Shown piece after piece: positions 57,766 through 64,000 of a stretch of 64,000 bases of DNA. The stretch's first letter is position 1; each line of letters opens with the position of its first letter. The DNA is taken from contig OZ024740.1 of assembly GCA_964016885.1 (NCBI GenBank), forward strand, positions 306,218,001 through 306,282,000, read 5' to 3'. The position numbers were made by a program, and so were the translations under genes. A model generated the notes under the pieces. The model did not search any database. It saw nothing but the letters and a program-made list of their open reading frames with translations, and was not told the DNA's origin. Source of the stretch: Eledone cirrhosa. Its lineage: Eukaryota.

Positions 57766-58639
57766 AAAGTGTTGTAATATGATCAAACCTTGCTACAACC
57801 ATTGAGTTAGGCTTCCAGATGAGACAAAATTACTTTGTTTAGCTGAAAATAGATAGTAACCCCATAGTAAACAGCTGTACAAATATTGCTTCAACAATTT
57901 TTAAGCAAATAAATAACCAAATTTATATAATCAATTATATTAAGAAAAGTAAATGTCTTATAGTTTTATTATAGTTTTTCTGTCCTGGGAACATTAAGAT
58001 AAAAAGCCTTTAAAACAAAACAGCTTGAAATTTTGGTATGAAAAGTTTTAAATGGGTCTTGTTGGAGGAATATATTTTCTGGTATTAATGCATTTTTAGC
58101 CACATGTGTAGAAAAGATGTTATATTGGGAAATTTGAGAAGAATGTGGTTAATGTAAAATAATGCAAGTTATATATATTAAATAGTGGCTCCTAGTTCAT
58201 ACTTGGTTACATCATAGATATGACTCATCAAGACATTATGCCAACAACAAGCAGTAGATTTTCCTGGACTGTAATATTAACTGAATAGAAACAGAAACAG
58301 GAGAGAGAAAAAGAAAAGGAATAAAAGTAAACAACAACAACAACAAAAACAACACAGTTAAAAGGAGAAGAAAGATTCATTTCTCTAGTTGAATGCTGAT
58401 GGTTGAGAAATTGGTAGAGTGTTACAGAATCTGTAAATTGCTGCCTTCGCAAATCTGAATCTACAGCAAAAACTAAACTGTTCTTCATGTGAGCCACCAA
58501 CCTGCTTGAACCATTTGCATTGAAGAACTTAAGGCTTAGCACATTCCTTGCAATATTATTATTATTATTATTATCAGTAACAGCATATTTAGTATTCTTA
58601 TAATATTTTCTTATTTCTATTGTTAATATTAATCTTATA

Positions 58640-59560
58640 CTGAGAAGTGGATTGGCATAATTGGGATAGCAACACGCAGAATGCCTTAAGGTATTTAGTT
58701 ACATCCCAAGTTCAAATACCAACAAGGTCAATTTTGTTTTTCATACTCCAGGGGTCGATAAAATAAGTATCAGTCAAGTACTAGCATCAATATAATCCCC
58801 CCCCCCTCCCCCACCTCCTTAAAAAAATGTATTGATAGATTTGTGTCTAAATTAAAACCCATTATTATCATTATTGTAAACTCAAATCCTGCCATGGTCA
58901 ACTTTGCTTTTCATCCTTCCACTGATCAATAAAATAAAGTACCAGTTAAGAACTTGGGTTGATATAATCAACTTTTTCATGTCCCTAAATTTCTGGCTTT
59001 GTGCTTAAATTAGATACTACTACTACTGCTGCTGTTGCTGTTACTACTACACTGTTGTTACTACTATTGCCACCACCACTACACTACACTACTACTACTA
59101 CTACTGCTGCTGCTGCTTCTGTTACAATACTTTGTTGGGCTTGTCCTTAAAATTAGAAATAATTATTATTATTGTTACATCAAGGTAGTGGATTAGTACC
59201 AGCCCTTTACATTCTGAGTTCAAATTCTACTGGGGTAAACTTTGCCTTGCATCTTTCTGGGTTCAATAAAGTAAAGTACCAGTTAAGTACTGGGGTTATT
59301 ATTATTTACTTTACTAAGGGCGGTGGATTGGCAGTGTCGGTAGAGGGTCGGATGCCATGCTTTGCAGCAAAGAGTTACGCCCCTTTATGCTCTGAGTTCA
59401 AATCCCGTCAAGGTTAACTTTGCCTTTGCTCCTTATGGGGTCGATAAAATAAAGTACCAGTAATACACTGGGATAATTGCTGGCCTTGTGCCAAAAGTAG
59501 AAACAATTATTATTTACTTTACTTTCTCCTTCCAAATTTCTGCCTATGTTAAAAATTATC
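58640..59560 (+). mobile_element. Cluster of same-orientation SINE A-related copies; young copy 59316-59505 has an 18-bp TSD
   Basis: Older copies at about 58640-58870, 58880-59015 and 59190-59560. TSD attattatttactttact at 59298-59315 and 59506-59523. Confidence 0.85.
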
Positions 59561-59581
59561 ATTAAGGGTAGTGAATTGACG

Positions 59582-60101
59582 TGCAACCAAGCGAATACCC
59601 TCCATCAGGCATCTACCATACTCTGAGTGCCTTGCTTCCCTGGGCATGGATACATTGAAGCTCCGACGCCTGGCAACTGACTTGGTAAACACCCACAAAA
59701 TTGTTAACTATCTTGCCAACAACAACCCTGAGTACCTTTTTGATTTCCATGTGTCTAACTCACGTGGATATGCCCACAAAGTCAGAAAACAGTACAGTTC
59801 CCATGACTTTCGGAAACATTTTTTCACGCTCAGAGTTGCTGAAGTATGGAACAAACTACCTGCATCGGTTGTTAGCTGTCGAGACACTGCATCCTTTAAG
59901 GCCTCCATGCTTCCCGAGATTCGCCAACACTACACCTAATGTTCCCCCTCCATACACATACACACATGTATATCATGACTCATACACTATTCACTTCCTT
60001 GACATTTGTGTATTATTCTATGTACTATACATGCACCTTTGATGAGTTGTAGTGCACCTGAGCACTTTACACAATAATTTCATTATTATTATTATTATTA
60101 T
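59582..60101 (+). mobile_element. CR1/Jockey-group LINE 3' end with (ATT)n tail
   Basis: Open frame ATKRIPSIRHLPYSECLASLGMDTLKLRRLATDL...RKHFFTLRVAEVWNKLPASVV...FK, then 3' UTR and attattatt. Confidence 0.92.
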
Positions 60102-61170
60102 TTAGTTTACAACCCATTATATTCTCTTGGATGCCCTCTCTGAAGCCAATAACTTTATAACATGGACCAGATGCATTTTATTGTGGCCCCAATGCTACTG
60201 TTTTGCAAAATATATACAGGGTGCATTTTGTCTTAACACTAACACTACACAGGGTCTACCGGGTGCATTCTGTAGTGGCACCAATGTTAGAGAGGTTTGT
60301 CATATGTTCAGAGAGACTGGAGACTCTTCTCTACCTTGTCTTGAGTCCAACTGCCAACCACTTTACAGAGTGTACTGCATGCATTTTATCATAGAACTAA
60401 CACTAGGGATTTGTCAGATATTCAACAGAGCCAAAGAATCCACTCTATTCTACAATGGTTTATTTTGTCCACCAATTTAGTAGGGTGCAATAACTCTGCT
60501 TGTTCCAAGTTAGCCTGATAGAACAAAAGAAACAGGTTCCACTTCTGACTTCAAAGTTATGGAAAAATTTAGGTCAATATACTCATCATCATCACTATTT
60601 TTACATTTCCTTTTCCATGTTGGCATGGTATAGATAAGACTTCTGAGAAATAAGCTATGGAAAAATGCATGTAAATCAGTTAGAAAAAATGTTTTCATCA
60701 ATTTTCCGACTATAGATAATCCATTGTGAGAGATAATGAATTTTCCAATCATGGATGTGTACTTACTTTGCTTTCTTGTACTTGTGGTGGCATTCCCCTG
60801 GGATGGGTTGAGCCAGCTCCATTGAAGGAACTCATGGTGTAAGTTAATTTCAATGGAGGCAATTGGTTTCACAAGTGGTGCCCAGTTGCAAGTTTATGCA
60901 CTTTAGGAGTGCAATCCAAGCATTGCATTAGTTATAGCACTGAGCTCTCACTTTCACACCCAACCCAATTTGGTGGAGCTAGTAGTGTGACAGGGATGCA
61001 TGGGGGAAGTTTGGCTGGCAGAGGTGATAAACACAACCTATTTGAGCCGTGTTGTAGGCAGCAGGAGCTCACTTCATTCCCTTGGCACCAATCATGGATG
61101 TGTACATAGTATCAGTCAGAATTTTAACTAGGAACCTAAGAACTTTTCTAAACTAAGATTAATGATATCA

Positions 61171-61436
61171 TTAACCCTTTTGATACCAAACCACCTAAAA
61201 CAAGCCCTAGTTTTATGATACAAAACTGTTTCTTTTAAAGTGTTTATATTTATCTAAAAACCTTCCATTATAATTGTATGAAGAACTTTGATTAAGTTGC
61301 GTTCCAAACACTGATTTAATCATGGTAAAGTTAGTTATTGTTTTACTAAATCCCACCAAATTCTTGATTATTTTCAAAATTAACTGAAAATCATAGGCAG
61401 TGTTTTTCATTAAATATATAGAAACAAAAGGGTTAA
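61171..61436. mobile_element. piggyBac-type MITE family 2
   Basis: TTAAcccttttg ... caaaagggTTAA. Confidence 0.9.
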
Positions 61437-61609
61437 GAATGGTGTTACTCTTAGTTTAGAAAGAAAATTGATACACATTGATACACATGTTTCATTAGAA
61501 CTACACTAACAAAGTGGTTAACATAACTAACAGAACTAGAGCTAAAAAAAATCATTCTATAGTTACTTCTAATAACATGTTTGATTTTCATTTATTATTA
61601 TTATTATTA

Positions 61610-61800
61610 TGGATTGGCAGTATCGGTAGAGGGTCGGATGCTATGCTTTACAGCAAAGAGTTACGGCTCTTTATGGTCTGAGTTCAAATCCCGCCGAGGT
61701 TAACTTTGCCTTTCATCCTTACGGGGTCGATAAAATAAAGTACCAGTAATATACTGGGATAATTGTTGGCCTTGTGCCAGAAGTAGAAACAATTATTATA
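61610..61800 (+). mobile_element. SINE family A, near full length
   Basis: Matches the consensus and sits in an (ATT)n run. Confidence 0.93.
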
Positions 61801-61825
61801 TTATATAAATATATATTCTGCAGGA

Positions 61826-61935
61826 ATGGACCAGCGTCATTTAGAGAGTGCCAGGGCCAAAGTTGCTGAGAATCCAGAGCTGCAAAAGCTTATCAAAGAT
61901 TATGCTAACTCGGTCTGGGATGTTCTCCATGCCAA
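61826..61935 (+). CDS. Coding exon (exon 61824-61935), MDQRHLESARAKVAENPELQKLIKDYANSVWDVLHA; unknown helical protein, possibly THADA-like
   Basis: Acceptor ttctgCAG ending at 61823, ATG at 61826, donor AA|GTAAGT at 61936. Splices in frame to the next exon. Confidence 0.8.
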
Positions 61936-62064
61936 GTAAGTCTGATTAGTGTATATGTGCATGATCTATATATTATCTTTGTCTATGTATGATCTTTATA
62001 TCAGTAAATAATGGAAACCAATATTTAACTCTAATGATGATATATTGCATCTAATTCTCTTCAG

Positions 62065-62236
62065 ACCCATTGACCGACATAAGCTGATAAAAGAGATCGA
62101 TGCATCATCTCAGAAACTTCTTTCTTTGATACAAGAATCAGAAGAATGTCATTTTATTCAAGACTACACAACTGCAGTGCTGGCTTGTTATATTGCTTGC
62201 ATTGAAACTTCCAGCCTTGCCAGATGTTTCAAGAAG
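62065..62236 (+). CDS. Next coding exon of the same gene, (K)PIDRHKLIKEIDASSQKLLSLIQESEECHFIQDYTTAVLACYIACIETSSLARCFKK
   Basis: Acceptor ttctcttCAG ending at 62064 after a 129-bp phase-2 intron, donor AAG|GTAAGC at 62237, no stops. Confidence 0.82.
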
Positions 62237-62594
62237 GTAAGCCATAATTTTGTAACCAACACAATGTCTAAACAATTAACAAGTTATATCTTAGTTTTGA
62301 GAATAGATACACTGATACCTGCATGTTGTAAGGATTAATGTCATGAAGGTAATCCAGCTGTAAAACACTACCTCATAAAGACTTATCTATCCCATGCCAG
62401 CATGGAAAAGCAAATGTAAAAATACTGACGGTGATGAATATATTGCTTCAGTTTTCTTCTTTTCTCATAAATACATATTGCAGACTTTAGAGAAGTTGGT
62501 TGTTCAGAAGAGACATTGCTTATGAAATACAAAACAAAAAAAAAATGTGCAAACCGATGTTGATTATGCAAAGTTGCTTTTATTATATATAGTC

Positions 62595-62795
62595 AGGCAG
62601 TATTGGCAGGGCATGAGACAAAATTCTTTGCACCATGTAATTACGTTCTGAGTTCAGATTCTGCCGAGGTTAACTTTGCATTTCATCCTTACGGGGGTCG
62701 ATAAAATAAAGTAGCAGTAATGCACTGGGGTCGATTTAATCGACTTTCTCCTCCCACAAATTGTTGGTCTTGTACCTAAATCAGAAACCATTGTA
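62595..62795 (+). mobile_element. SINE family A, long variant
   Basis: Carries an extra gtcgatttaatcgactttctcctcccaca segment. Confidence 0.85.
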
Positions 62796-63456
62796 TATAG
62801 ACCAAATCTTTCTTTAAACACATCCTTATCTTTTCTTGTATGTGCCAGGGTCAAATTTAACAAGTTTAAATCCAAATTATAGTAACTTTATATAGAGAAC
62901 TTGGTTCTGACAAAAACAAAATCTGATTAATAGATCAAGTTCAAGGAAATTCAAGTATAAACTTACCATATTGAATTTACCCTAACTACATTGAGTTGTG
63001 CACTGAAGCATGGAAAATCATCTTGTTTCCTCTGTGTGTTTGCATCCAACACTTATTTTCCTTTGATTTGTATATACGTTGTCTTTTACAAAAAAAAATG
63101 AAAAAAACAAACAAAACACTGCGCTTTGAAATGAATGAAATATAGATTTATAAAATCAAATATTTAAGCTATTTCTAATCTTAATGATGTTTTGTATATT
63201 TTTTCTGCTTTCAATTCATTTTCATACAGATGGGAAGGTTTTTATTTGTCATAGATGAATGAAAACCAACAGCGTACTATTAAAATATTTATTTTTACAG
63301 CTGGATGTTCATCCTATATTAATCACTCAACTATGAAATAGCAATGGTATCAGTTATTAGTAACACATGTTATGTGTACAATGATTGGTATAAGGTTTGG
63401 ACTTACAACCATGTGATCAGCAGTCCAGCAACATAACCTCATAGCTATTGTATTTT

Positions 63457-63904
63457 TTTACCCTTTTGATACCAAAACATCTGAAACCAACTCTGGCTCT
63501 ATGGTATAAAAAAAGCCTGTTTTTAAGTGTTTATATTTATATTAAAACTTTCCATCATAATTTTATATAAGTTATGTTCTAAACATGTTCTGATTTAGGT
63601 ACAAGACCAGTGATTTAGGGGTAGGGGAAAGTCAATTAAATCGACTCCAGTGCATTACTGGTACTTTATTTTATTGCTTCTGTAAGGATGAAAGACAAAG
63701 CTAACCTCAGTGGGACTTGAACTCGGAACGTAAAGGGCCATAACTCTATGTCGCTAAGCATGTTGTCCGACGCTCTACCGATTCTGCCAAACACCAACAT
63801 AATAATGAGAAAGCTAGTTACATTGCCAAGTCTCACTAAATTTTTGATTACTTTGAAAATCATAGGCAGTGTCTTCATTAGAAACATGGCAATGAAAGAG
63901 TTAA
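63457..63904. mobile_element. piggyBac-type MITE family 2, interrupted by a - strand long-variant SINE A (about 63586-63790)
   Basis: tttacccttttgatacc ... gaaagagTTAA. A partial tandem copy follows to the window end. Confidence 0.82.
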
Positions 63905-64000
63905 TTCCAAAACACCCATGACCCTATAATATAAAACACCTTGTTTTAAGGTGTTTATATTTATTTTAAAATATTCTGTCATAATTTTATGTAAGAAATG

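Noticed and set aside
60730-61110. GC-richer segment overlapping a 120-aa - strand ORF (60510-60872)
   Set aside because: No recognisable domain or splice structure. Possibly a decayed LINE 5' end, too weak to call.
63230-63262. Candidate third exon after acceptor catacag
   Set aside because: The phase-0 frame hits TGA after 10 codons with no good donor before it.

Overview
This is AT-rich, repeat-dense animal genomic DNA. The SINE and RTE 3'-end sequences resemble families I recall from octopod cephalopods, which is an inference from memory and not a search result. Almost every ORF in the supplied track is a microsatellite artefact or a decayed LINE fragment. Main content: (1) a 4.4-kb TA/TACA satellite at the left end; (2) many nested mobile elements: at least four SINE families, RTE, R4/Dong-like and CR1-like LINE fragments, TTAA-flanked piggyBac-type MITEs and TA-flanked Tc1/mariner-type MITEs; (3) two well-supported, frame-compatible + strand coding exons (61824-61935, 62065-62236), probably the N-terminus of a helical protein with weak resemblance to THADA; (4) a visibly CpG-richer block at about 40-50.4 kb with promoter-like motifs, suggesting a divergent promoter region; (5) several short ATG-to-splice-donor cassettes on the - strand, all readable in phase 1, that may be alternative first exons of a gene whose body lies left of the window; (6) a hammerhead-ribozyme core motif at about 13.55 kb. 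There is no CRISPR array, rRNA, real tRNA gene or prokaryote-type system, and I cannot demonstrate a new biological system from the sequence alone.
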